Shown here piece by piece: positions 51,901-63,700 of a stretch of DNA of 64,000 nt; within the stretch, counting starts at the first letter, position 1; every line of letters begins with the position of its first letter. The stretch is from Eledone cirrhosa (Eukaryota). Position numbers and translations under genes: made by a program. The stretch is from contig OZ024741.1 in the NCBI GenBank assembly GCA_964016885.1, forward strand, positions 78,988,001 to 79,052,000, given 5' to 3'. The notes beneath the pieces were generated by a model. That model saw only the letters and a program-made list of their open reading frames with translations, was not told the DNA's origin and made no database searches.

Positions 51901-52357
51901 GGATAAACTCTACAGGCATGGAGGTGCCGTCAGCCGGGCATGTCCGAGATGCGCGCAGGGCGACGAAACCGTCCTGCACGCACTCGTCCAGTGTCCGAAA
52001 ATTGCTGACTTGTGGGTTTATGTCGAACACCTGCTGTCGCGTTTAGGACGGATCCGGCTATCATCTGAGTCCATCGTGAGGATTGCCCCGCCCTCCTCCT
52101 TTAGCCGGGAAGGGCAGGCAGTTTTTATCTGCCTGGTGGCCATGGCGAAAGAGATAGTATGGTGGACACGTTTGAAAGGGCTGAAGACGAGCACTTACCT
52201 CTTCGGTGATGCTCTGATTGACTTTTTCAAATTTCCTTTGAAAAGGAAAATCAGAGTAGAGAGGGAAGTGCTCTCTTCCCAGCATTTTGTTGAAAGATGG
52301 GTGAGAGAAGCAAGAATGGCCCGAGTGAATGGGCCTACTCTGAGCATATATCTGTAA
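48938..52357 (+). CDS. Tx1-D ORF2: APE endonuclease, reverse transcriptase, CCHC (1139 aa)
   Basis: Same motifs as copy C; KAFD changed to KGFD. Confidence 0.97.
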   Translation: MTSLRIGSINARGLGSSWKQGHLLNDLRSLNIDVVAISETRISEARAFAPIFGGYDVYASPSRPGSGGGVAVLFRRGLDLAIRAIFLDPEGKLVVLDVTSGDGQAFRLVAVYAPTGAGRPDFFRRLETFLGTSRSLVLVGDWNGILDARWDCVGLADRGGGCKSLTNLLRRFELSDRYRLDFPNVPMWTWTNRIGSSRSYLDRVFCREIDRSSIGCPQFKIVSYTDHKFVICVLDLDRLHRRGPGYWKLNASLPARKAYRDRISELVKRALTGAIVNNKWWFALKRAIRIESIRFSKALAIEKNRAEGELVRKLDKALSKGIATDVLAAKLALDQFFNAKHEGCVVRARVRALRHEGTKAVQWARVAEARRGNKATIRSLVDHDGRMLLDPGQMCEAFQRHFAQLFGGSGGPDRGMDFSVYLDGLPRLSATEAECCEKPITAAEVREAMTGCTRGKSPGLDGLPYELYVQMPDLFGGLLADVYCNWQQNGRIPSSVSRGAVALLRKDPNKGDNIENFRPITLLNTEFKILAKVLAKRLALVVGGLVGEAQTCAIPDRSIHDNLHLMRYIVERVAREPGTGGSLINLDQSKGFDRVDHRYLAAVLRAAGFGPVFRGWIAAMHSDICSVVRVNGHLSEPFNIMRSVRQGCPLSSLLYVLTLEPLLHKLETLRGVPRELGCGRSVSAYADDVTVVVSNAKHIEAIGTTLREYEAVTGAMINQEKSVGLQLGTWRGRSMPSNSVVGRWTDGPVKLLGVWFGPDLQTDKNWDEVTSRVASLTQKWAERKLSLKGRAEVANAYIASVICYRLTVVPCPKPRLTVLERLLFRFLWKGRAPMVRRSNCCQHPLRGGLGMPWLMMRRHALRLRHLHLFLDGDQVWSPFARRVFPQLVSLTELQSWVKRRPRGSAWRLECLQALTALDQSGNVIGGNSTSAFYRGLVEGKSDDVLGETLGVDENQLANLFRRTFGPGPMDNFQKSLAWQCYRGALPVRDKLYRHGGAVSRACPRCAQGDETVLHALVQCPKIADLWVYVEHLLSRLGRIRLSSESIVRIAPPSSFSREGQAVFICLVAMAKEIVWWTRLKGLKTSTYLFGDALIDFFKFPLKRKIRVEREVLSSQHFVERWVREARMARVNGPTLSIYL

Positions 52358-52605
52358 ATTAAAGGTGGAAAACTGGGAGAGGGCACTTGCCTTGGTGGTC
52401 AGGGTCATTGTGGCTTTTTACTGGGCTTTCTCCACAAATGTCCCTCCGAAGTCTCCCCCCTATTGGGGAATTTTTCATTATTATTTTTTGTTACATCCTC
52501 TGTTTTTGTTTTTTACACGCAGAAATGCCCATTTGTACCGTCCTGCATTGTCCTGCACTGTCCTTAATGTCTACTTTATGTAAACCCTTGTGGTTAATAA
52601 AGAAA

Positions 52606-52654
<49 letters not shown>

Positions 52655-53870
52655 CATTTTTATTTTCTTTCATTATTGTTTCTGAGATACATGCCGAGTG
52701 TCTTCCTGACACCTAGAGCAAATAAATTCACAGTGTGCATTGGTAAGCCAGTTAATACAGCACATTGATTATAATAAAATAAAAAAACAGTATACATATA
52801 TACACATGTGCATATGCATATGTAAATACAAGGAGGGATATCAATCTTACAGAGATAGTGCTCTTCTCAATACGTGTGCAGTACCAGTCAAAACAATTTT
52901 TTGCACCTCGTGCAGAGAGGGTAAACCAGGAATCATTCGCAAATATTGTTCTGTTCCTTTCTTGATCATTCCCAGTCCTCCCACAATCACTGGTATCGTA
53001 ACGGCTTTGAAGTGCCTCATTTTCTCAATTTCAATAAGCAGATCTTTATATTTTCGTAGCTTGTCAAATTCTTTTGCCGCGATATTGTGATCACATGGGA
53101 TGCTCATATCTATCAATAAACAGACCTCGTTATATTGATCTTTTACAATGATGTCAGGTCTATTTGCTTTTATGGGTCCTGTCAGTATGTACAGGAAAGT
53201 CCCAGAGAATTGTTACTTTTTCTCCTTCAGTTACAGCCCCAGGGTGATGATTGTACCACTTGTCTTCATCTTTGATTTTGTAATGCCGACATATTACCCA
53301 GTGTAGATATTGGCCAACTCTGTCATGTCTATATTTGTATTCTACTGGTGCTAAAACTTTACATCCAGAGACTAAGTGATCCACTGTTTCAACCTCAGCA
53401 TTGCAGAATCGGCACTTTGGGTTTATTCCGTTTCTCATCACATTGGCCTGGTAATTACGAGTCAATAAGCTTTTATCTTGGGCAGCTAAGATGAAGCCTT
53501 CACTCTCCGCCTTTAACGCTGAACTACGTAGCCACTGATGGGTGTGCTTTTGGTCAACATCAGCTTGTTTGCTACGGGCCACATATTTGCCATGCAGAGG
53601 TTTCTGCTCCCAACTTGATGCTAATTGTTCTTGCCCTTTTGCTTTTGCCAGTGATTTTATGTGCCTAGCAGCATCAGTTGCAACAGTTTCTTTAGTCTGT
53701 CCAGCCTGGGTATCAAGCATGAGATCAGTAGCATATTTTTTGCTCTCCTTCAAGATAGAATGTAACTTCTTACTTCTCTCATGCTTTTCAACAAGTTTCA
53801 GCATACAGTCGTTAGTTGTTTCAAGGTATTTGGCCAGTCCAATGATAGTGGTCTTGTAAGCAAGTTCAAA
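52655..53870 (-). mobile_element. R4/Dong-clade LINE family 3, 3' fragment
   Basis: WEQKPLHGKY, WLRSSALKAESEGFILAAQD, CRFCNAEVETVDHLVSGC, RHD, IDMSIPCD..KLRKYKDL; ATT repeats on both sides. Confidence 0.92.
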
Positions 53871-53913
53871 ATTATTATTATTATAATAATAATAATAATT
53901 ATTATTATTATTA

Positions 53914-55593
53914 CAGTTGCATTTATCTTGCTTTATGTTCATACGAGTTATCACCATGTCACAACCAGTGACCTCAAGAAACAACAAGGTCCGCCATGTT
54001 CAAGAAAGAACATACATACTCACACATGCATCTTTAGGTGTTTAGACTTGTGATGTACTTATATTGACAGAATCTTCCTTAGTATATGGGAAGTTCCCAT
54101 TAGTACTATCTTTTGTATTTCTCCTATACGCGGGTTTCCTGGGATTTGCGATAAGTAATCATTAGACCCCTTAGGTATCATTCCTAGAGCGCCTACAACC
54201 ACTGGTATTGTTTTAGTTCTCAACTTCCACATTTTTCCAATCTCTTTCTCCAGGTCTTTATACTTGCTCAATTTTTTAAATGTTTTTATAGATACATTCT
54301 TGTCTATTGGAACGGACATATCAATTAGCAGACATACCCTCTTTTTAAAGTCCTTCAGTATTATATCAGGTCTATTTGCATCTATTTTTCGGTCTTTTTG
54401 TATGATAAAGTTCCACAAGATTGAGATGTGATCTTTTTCAAGTACGGGGGGGGGGGGGGGGGGTTGATGCTCCCACCAATTCTTTTGATGAGGCAGGTCA
54501 AAATGCTTACACATTATCCAATGTATGTATTGTGCAGCTCTGTTATGTCTGTTTAGGCATTCGGTTGGAACTATAGGACTGCACATTGAAATTATATTAT
54601 CAATGGTCTCTGGTTGTTTTTTACATACACGGCATAATGGGCTGCACCCATTTTTTATTATGTTGGCTTGATAATTTTTAGTTGGCAGACACTGATCTTG
54701 TGCTGATATAATCAGTCCTTCAGTCTTTGATTTCAGTCCAGAGGATGCCAACCATTGATGGGTTAAAGTTTTGTCAACATCAGGATTGGTAGCTCTTTCT
54801 GGGTATTTTCCATACAGAGGCTTTTCTTGCCATTTCTTAGCCAGTTTCTGTAGCAGTTCTTTCTTTGCAGTTACTTTTACCTGCTTTGCTTTTTCTGTGT
54901 TTTTCATTTCAGCAATAAATGGAACTTCTGAAATTTGTAGTCCATTACTGTATCTTTGTGCATCTTTTGTAATGGTTTATGATCTTTTGATGCTTTCATG
55001 TTTCAAAACGAGTTTGATCATCCAAACATGTGATTCCCTTAGATATGTAGATAATCCAATTGTTGCAGTTCTCAAAGCAATAACTAACTGGATTAATCCA
55101 CGTCCTCCTTCTTTCCTAGGGAGATATATTCTATCTGTATCTGCTTTAGGGTGATGCATTCTGTGCATGGTTAAGAATTTTCTAATTTTTGTATCGAGCC
55201 TACTGATCTCTATGCTTGACCAGTTGATGACATTGAAACTGTAGGTTACTACTGGTATGGCAAGCGTGTTTATGGCATCGATCCTATTCCTTGCATTCAA
55301 TTCCGTTATTAAGATTGCTCTTACTCTGTGGTAACATTCCTTCCTTATCCTTTCCCTCATTGTCGAGTGCTTGATTCCGTCTCCTTCACAAACACCAAAA
55401 TATTTGTAAGTTTCCTCTTGATCAAGTTCTCTTATCACATTCCCCCGATCAAGATTAATGTCTGAACTTCTCAGCAGCTTTCCTCTAGTGAACGTGGCTT
55501 TGGTGCATTTATCTAGTCCAAACTCCATTTTAATATCATCACTGAACTGCTTCACAGTGGATAATAGCCCTTGCAATTACTCATCATTTTTTT
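53914..55593 (-). mobile_element. R4/Dong-clade LINE family 1, second 5'-truncated copy
   Basis: ORFs 54977-55576 and 54059-54907 nearly identical to 31205-32662; same 3'UTR; 3' end abuts (TAA)n, 5' end abuts (CA)n. Confidence 0.93.
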
Positions 55594-55790
<197 letters not shown>

Positions 55791-56453
55791 GAAAATAAAC
55801 TGTACAAAATTATTAAGAAAGTGCATAGAAACTTGCATGTGATGCTGGACATCGGGTGATTCACAAAGAAATAATACGTGGAGAAATACGTAAAAAACAC
55901 AGAAAACGTACAAAGACGTACACGTGGGGAATACGTCAAAGAATGCACGCAGCATCTCACATAGCGGTATATACGCATATGCAGACACGCTTCGATGCAC
56001 ATGTTGACTGAGTTGGCATTATGGTGCTAACGTGAAATAATCCACATTTGAGTATAACGCAAACAGGATGATCGAAATTCGAAGGGCAGAGTCCAGCAGA
56101 AAGAGGATTTGCTTCGAAATCACTAGACGTATCTGAGGAACTTGCGAATCCAGAGTCAGGTTCGATCCACAAACAGATCGCACCTCGAGCTGTTCGCCGG
56201 AGAAACATTTGTAATACGTAATAAATTTGTGTTCCGATGCATCACTGATTCTTCGTTTTCCATATTACCATAATCTGCTCCAAAGGAGCATAGAGTGCTC
56301 AACCGGCATACCGCCTATGGACGCATCCAAGCAACCTTACTACAAACACACACACACACATATATATATATTTATATATATATATATATATACAGAGTAA
56401 GAGGGGGGGGGGGCAGATATGCCTACACAGCTATTTATAGATATTATCATGAG

Positions 56454-56640
56454 CAGTGGCGGACTGGGTCTAAAATTATTGGTGGGTAGGAGATGAAGGA
56501 GGCCCACCTACATATCGAATGCTATCATTTAATTTTTATAATGAATAAATAACATTTTCGAAAAATACATGAGTGGAAACAAAACAGGGCATTCAAATTT
56601 TTGCGGAAAAATATCTTACTTTCTCTAATAAAAAATATGT
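56454..56640 (+). mobile_element. DNA transposon end (CAGTGGCGGA terminus), same family as 26885-27085
   Basis: Shared sequence blocks with the 26.9-kb copy. Confidence 0.5.
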
Positions 56641-57526
56641 ATTTTGCAAAATCCAGAGAGTTTCAATAATGACCAGAAGTCGACCCTAAATCTAAACTAT
56701 AATAAAGTAAGGAGTGCGGGAGTACGTACGGTTTATTTCTTTTAATCCAGTTAGTAAAATAAGTTGGATTACTTTGAAAATAATGAATGAATATTACATA
56801 ATTTATCTACTAAATTTCGTAGCTGTTGATTAAATATATTTCATGTTTATTTAAAGATTTACTTCTTTAAAATTTTCAAATGTCAACACTTCCGATTGCG
56901 ATCACTTAAATAAACATTCATATATTTCCGTCACTAATTATCTCCTAATGCAGTTTACATATAATATCGTCTTTTTTTAATGTATCATGGATTACGTTAC
57001 TGATTACATAAGAGAGTGTAACCCAGTCTTCTCTCAATTTCAGTGTATATTGTCAATTACGATTTTATTTGATGTATATCTACATGAATATATATTTTTA
57101 TTTTATTAAATAACGTTACAAATGGGAGTGAAAATTTGAACACATATGATATATACAAAGCATATAAATAAATTTACAAATAAATTTACATAACAAAATG
57201 TTTTAAATATATACATAAACAACATTACAAATGCTTAGATAACATTATAAATTGCTCACGATTCTGTCAGAAGGATATATTCCTTTAATGTTACAATATT
57301 AAAGAAAATGTAAAGGAAGGGGTGAACAACCGAGCCACCACCAGAGCAAAAGACAACAGCGAGGGGTACTGGGAAACCGCTCTAATGATGTTTGAGGCAA
57401 GCCAGCACAATCGCAGTGTTACCTCGGGTGATGGCGAGGCTAATATACACACTACACATGCTAGCAGAAAACCACCTTTCGGGTGGTTTTTCTGCTAGTA
57501 TTACTAATAGCTCTAAGAAAGCCATG

Positions 57527-57888
57527 AACACCATATCTTTTTAACTTTCATTTTGAAAGTAGGTTTATAATTATCAATTATCATTATGCATTTGTAGCTG
57601 TCTCGGTGGCCTAGTTGGAGGAATCATAGACGGTGGGGATTCTGGTTTGAGGTTCTATCATGGTCGGGAGTAGGGGTTCCCGGTAAACCTTTTCAGTTTT
57701 TCCTATGGTTGTAAAATAAAAACTGATAAAGGTTACACGTACCTCTTGACCAGGATTGAACCCAAGATCAGGATCTCCACTGTCTCTAGTACCTACCGGT
57801 AGGCCAGAGAGACAACTACGAAAAACCTTACGAAAATTAATACTTATAAACCTACTTTCAAAATTTTAAATCAAAATGATGTAGTGTC
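57527..57888. mobile_element. Diverged foldback element containing two convergent tRNA-like units
   Basis: TTTTGAAAGTAGGTTTATAA (57551-57570) / TTATAAACCTACTTTCAAAA (57844-57863); inner arms align as reverse complements and each has A- and B-box-like motifs. Confidence 0.65.
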
Positions 57889-58160
57889 TTTTTTAATTTT
57901 ATTGCTCCTACATAAGGTCGACATCTAAATCATTTGGGTGTTCCATAAACTACATCCTCGTTTTGTTTCTCATCTATCTAGACTACATTTTAACCTGTAA
58001 TCCATGTTTCATTTCTGCCCCCTCCCCCCACCTCTATCTTTCTCTCTGTGATATTTGAATCTACTATGATTTGAGCTTATCTTATTCCTATATATATGTT
58101 TTTGCATGTCAGTTAGATCCAAACTTACAATGATTGGTATTATATATATATATATATATA

Positions 58161-59141
58161 CTAGCCAAATTACCCGCGCCTTGCTGCACATTTATTTTGT
58201 AAGAAAATGATGATTAATTTTAAATCAGTGATATAATTTATTGAAAAAAACTCTGCATTTCCATATTACTGAATGTAAAATGTAATGCATGAAAAATTGG
58301 AAAACATTATTTTTTGTAATATATAAAATCAAAATTACATTATTAAATCTTATTCTTATTTTGTTTCTTGTAAATAACTTTTTATAAATATCAATTCAAA
58401 CCTTGATCATTTCATTTTTGTGTAAAGCATTATTTTCAAATTAGAAATTCAAAGTTTAATTATTTATTTTTTAACATAATAAATACATGAAAATATATTT
58501 CATACTTTGTCCTAATGAAGAACTTCTGGGTAAACAACATTTCTTGTTTTTCTTTGATTGGCTAAAATGTAGAGATATTTTGAAGTTCCAGTCCTTGAAA
58601 CAGCCACATAAAATATGCCATGACTGAAACATGGCTTTGTGAGATCTATAACAATAGTTTTGAAAGTTTGACCATGACTCTTATTGATGCTCATGGCAAA
58701 GCATGATCTCACTGGGAACTGCAGTCTCTTAAATGTAAAAGGCAACTCGCTATCACTTGGTATAAGTGGAATCCTCGGAATCAGAAGAGCTTGACCTTTG
58801 TAAGTCCAAAATATAGTGGTTGTTTCAATCAAGTTCTCATGCAATCTTGTTACAACACATCTTGTTCCATTTATTGGACAACATTTTTACTACAGGGGAT
58901 TAACCCCTATTAGAGTGTCTTAATATTATTGAAATTTGCTGAAATTTTGTGAATAGGCATTGTCATTTACCTATGGTTTAATTTCATATAAACCGAAAGG
59001 AATAAGTTTTCAGCGGAGGTTTGTACCAACGGGGAACCTTGTGATTAAAATGAAATATACTTATCCAAGTACTCTGGGCAATGTAGTTTCAGAATATATA
59101 TAGTTATGGGGGTCTATCTCCAAAACCATAGGAGGAGTTCG

Positions 59142-59145
<4 letters not shown>
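58161..59145 (-). mobile_element. Internally deleted Helitron with PIF1 helicase C-terminal fragment
   Basis: 3' hairpin + CTAG at 58161-58188; ORF 58512-58844 IPRIPLIPSD..FKRLQFPVRSCFAMSINKSHGQT..CFSHGIFYVAVSR; (TA)n flanks. Confidence 0.85.
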
Positions 59146-59179
<34 letters not shown>

Positions 59180-59658
59180 CGGAGAAAGCTAATAGCGATA
59201 CTCCGGCCAAATTCCAACTCACTCAACAAACATTAGGAAATACCTAACTATATTGTATTGTGTGGATAATTGGCTGTATTATTTCATATGAGATATATAA
59301 AATATATCATTTCCCCGACGACTCTTTTCATTATAAGATTTCTACAAGTTGGGTGAAAATATACCAATTTATGTAGAAGCTTGTATAAGATCAACAGATA
59401 CTTATTCAAGTGGGCTCTTATAAATTTTCAGTGGGTAACCCAATTACATTAGTATTGATAACCAAATGAACATCAATATTTAGCAATAATCACCATCAGT
59501 GTTTGAGGGAGCTGCTAGGTTATTAGTCCAGCAGTTCTAAAGAAAATCTCACACTGTCCCGAAAATGGGAGGAAGGAGGTACCGCCAAAAACAATACATG
59601 CGCAGTTTCAAATCCCAATATATATATATATATATTGGGATTTGAGACCGCGCGGTAA

Positions 59659-59740
<82 letters not shown>

Positions 59741-59779
59741 TCATGAGTGTTGTACATATATAACCGAAAATACATATAC

Positions 59780-60200
59780 ATCATCTCCTTCCTCCATGCA
59801 TTCTTACTGAGCAACTGGAAGCCAGTTTCCTTGAAAACCTTTCGAAATCTCACAATATCACTTTTAGTAACTAGAAGAAGATCAAAATATATACCTATCT
59901 CTACCGCAATTACACATAAATTAGCAAACATTTTTTCAAAGATAATTGCAATACAATGGCTAAGCCTAGTTTCTAATAACGGAAATCCTGAAAAATTTAT
60001 CACAACGCCATATCCTCTCAGCATCACGTTGCATAACAAATAGATCCTCCAATTCAAATTTTGCTCTCCTATCATCCTTCCGGGGTTGACAAAATAAACT
60101 ACCAGCCTTTTAAAACATATTCTAAAGATTCATCTTTGAAACCTTTATCGTCTTTCTTGCTTTATCGATTTCATTAAATATCAATACAATATCCTTCCAT
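59780..60200 (+). mobile_element. Possible very old LINE RT fragment with embedded Meta-SINE scrap (60073-60105)
   Basis: Weak RT-like peptide (THKLANIFSKII..QWLSLV..PYPLSIT) and CATCCTTCCGGGGTTGACAAAATAAACTACCAG. Confidence 0.3.
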
Positions 60201-60769
60201 AAAACGTAAAGTACTTTTGAAGTACTTTTGCTCAACTACCACTTATTGAAGTATACATCACCTGCATGTTTACATAACAAGGGCTCATTCTTTAGTAATA
60301 CGAAATCATACTCAGATAGGGGTATATGCGAATGCATATGTGTTTTCAATTACAGTGTTGTACCTAGGTACCTGAAATATTGCATCAAAGAGGTACATAC
60401 TATCAAGACAATGGCGATATGACATGTGACTTTTGATGATATATTTTAGATTCTTACTCTAAGCATAGTTTATAGTCACAAATACTGCAATAGACACAGC
60501 TTCGCAAAATAAGTATGTAAATGAATACATTATATAAAAAAAGCATGTTATCCCCCGCTTCCACTATAAAAAAATGTAGGAGCAAAATTATATTTTAGGT
60601 TTTATATTCATAAATGTTTTTAACCGCTTTTATGAGCATCACCATAAAGCATCTTTTGGATTGCCTACACCCCCCCCCCCCACATATATATATATTGTTT
60701 TATTTTTTCTGGGACCAATGATATATTGAGAAAGAAAGAACTTTTTACTATTTAAACCTTTCAGCAGAA

Positions 60770-63700
60770 GAAATTTGAAAAAGTTAAGAGGTAAGTGCTC
60801 GTCTTCAGCCCTTTCAAACGTGTCCACCATACTATCTCTTTCGCCATGGCCACCAGACAGATAAAAACTGCCTGCCCTTCCCGGCTAAAGGAAGAGGGCG
60901 GGGCAATCCACACGATGGACTCAGCTGATAGCTGGATCCGTCCTACACGTGACAGCAGATGTTCGACATAAACCCACAAGTCAGCAATGCTCGGACACTG
61001 GACGAGTACGTGCAGGACGGTTTCGTCGCCCTGCGCGCATCTCGGACATGCCCGACTGACGGCACCTCCATGCCTGTAGAGTATATCCCGAACTGGCAAA
61101 GCTCCTCGGTAGCACTGCCTGGCCAGGGATTTCTGGAAGTTGTCCATAGGCCCCGGCCCGAAAGTTCTTCCGAAGAGATTGGCTAGTTGATTTTCGTCGA
61201 CGCCTAGAGTTTCCCCAAGTACGTCGTCGCTCTTCCCCTCCACTAATCCTCTATAGAACGCCAAGGTGGAGTTTCCACCGATCACATTGCCCGATTGGTC
61301 GTCGAGGTCTGTGAGCGCCTGAAGACATTCCAGTCTCCAAGCGCTCCCTCTCGGTCTTCGCTTGACCCAGGACTGCAGCTCCGTCAAGGAGACGAGCTGA
61401 GGAAAGACGCGTCTAGCAAACGGAGACCACACCTGATCACCGTCGAGGAAGCGGTAGAGATGTCGTAGCCTAAGCGCGTGTCTGCGCATCATAAGCAACG
61501 GCATTCCCAGCCCTCCACGTAGCGGGTGTTGACAGCAGATGGACCGCCTGACCATCGGAGCGCGTCCCTTCCACAAAAAGCGAAAGAGCAAACGCTCCAG
61601 CGCAGTCAGGCGAGGCTATGGACAAGGTACGACGGTCACGCGGTAGTAGATTACGTACGCGATATACGCGTTAGCCACCTCCGCTCGACCTTTCAGGGAT
61701 AGCTTCCTCTCCGCCCATTACTGGGTGAGAGAAGCCACCCTGCTCGTCACCTCGTCACAGTTTTTGTCCGTCTGGAGGTCCGGACCGAACCAGACTCCTA
61801 GCAATTTAACCGGTCCGTCCGTCCAGCGCCCGACGACGCTGTTGGACGGCATGGACCTGTCTCAACAGGTGCCGAGCTGCAGGCCCACTGACTTTTCCTG
61901 GTTGATCATTGCTCCTGTCACCGCTTCGTATTCTCTTAGTGTAGTGCCGATCGGCTCGATGTGTTTGGCGTTCGACTCCACTACGGTAACATCGTCTGCA
62001 TATGCTGACACGGATATTCCGCATCCTAGTTCGCGCGGGACTCCCCTCAACGTCTCCAGTTTGTGCAGTAATGGCTCGAGAGTCAATACGTACAAGAGGG
62101 ACGAGAGGGGACATCCTTGGCGGACCGAGCGCATGATGTTGAGCGGTTCCGAAAGGTGACCGTTCACTCTCACCACAGAGCAGATGTCGCTGTGCATGGC
62201 AGCGATCCAGCCTCTGAAGACGGGCCCAAAGCCAGCCGCCCTCAGGACTGCGGCTAGGTAACGATGGTCGACCCTATCGAAAGCTTTCGACTGATCTAAA
62301 TTGATCAAGGACCCACCCGTGCCAGGTTCCCTAGCTACCCTCTCTACGATGTATCGCATGAGGTGGAGGTTGTCGTGGATGGATCTGTCGGCAATCGCGC
62401 ATGTCTGCGCGTCTCCCACCAGACCACCAATGACAAGCGCCAACCTCTTTGCTAGCACCTTGGCCAAAATCTTGAACTCTGTGTTTAGCAGAGTTATGGG
62501 CCTAAAATTATCTATGTTATCCCCCTTGTTCGGATCCTTTCTCAGCAGCGCCACAGCTCTTCGGCTCACAGAGCTGGGAATTCTCCAGTTCTGTTGCCAG
62601 TTGCAGTAGAGGTCCGCCAAGAGGCCTCCGAACAAGTCTGGCATCTGTACGTAAAGTTCATAGGGCAGAGCATCCAAACCAGGCGATTTATCCCTTGTGC
62701 AGCTAGTCATTGCCTCCCGTACTTCAGCGGCTGTTATCGGCTTTTCGCAACACTCCGCCTCAGTGGCCGAGAGCCGCGGCAGTCCGTCGAGGTAGACACT
62801 AAAGTCCATCCCTCGATCCGGCCCGCCGCTTCCCCCGAACAACTGAGCGAAGTGTCGCTGAAAAGCTTCACACATTTTCCCGGGATCGAGTAGCATGCGC
62901 CCGTCGTGGTCCACCAAAGACCGGATCGTGGCTTTGTTGCCACGACGCGCCTCCGCCACTCGGGCCCAATGAACGGCTTTCGTCCCTTCGTGTCTGGGAG
63001 CACGGACCCTTGCTCTGACAACGCAGCATTCGTGCTTTGCATTGAAGAATTAGTCAAGGGCCAATTTCGCCGCAAGTACGTCGGACGCGATGCCTTTGCT
63101 AAGCGCCTCGCTTTCTAACTAGTTCTCCCTCTGCTCTGTTTTTCTCTGTTGCTAAAGCCTTACTAAACCCAATGGACTCTATTCTAATTGCTCTTTTCAG
63201 AGCAAACCAACACTTGTTGTTGACGATGGCCCCCGTCAACGCCTGCTTAACTAGTTCGCTAATCCGGCCTCTGTAGGCCTTGCGCGCTGGTAAGGAAGCG
63301 TTTAGCTTCCAGTAGCCGGGTCCTCGTCTATGAAGCCTATCTAAGTCAAGCACACATATCACGAATTTGTGGTCCGTGTAGCTGACTATCTTGAATTGTG
63401 GACAGCCTATGCTAGACATATCTATTTCTCTACAAAATACTCTATCTAGATATGATCTGGATGACCCTATGCGATTTGTCCAAGTCCACATTGGCACATT
63501 CGGGAAATCCAATCGGTACCTGTCAGACAGTTCAAAACGCATGAGCAGGTTGGTGAGGCTCTTGCACCCTCCTCCCATATTCGCTAATCCCACACAGTCC
63601 CAGCGTGCATCTAAGATCCCGTTCCAGTCACCCACCAACACTAAAGAGCTGGACGTTCCAAGAGAGGTCTCCAGACGCCGGAAGAAATCAGGCCGCCCTG

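Larger units (their letters stand above)
46591..52607 (+). mobile_element. Tx1-clade LINE copy D, full-length, both ORFs open
   Basis: Near-identical to copy C at a 6066-bp period; (ATT)13 upstream and (ATT)15 downstream. Confidence 0.97.

Noticed and set aside
29641-55593. Telomeric retrotransposon array
   Set aside because: No TTAGGG-type repeats; ordinary interspersed repeats continue on both sides.
55800-56340. Transposase N-terminus or host exon (ORF 55957-56208)
   Set aside because: No recognisable motif, termini or second copy.
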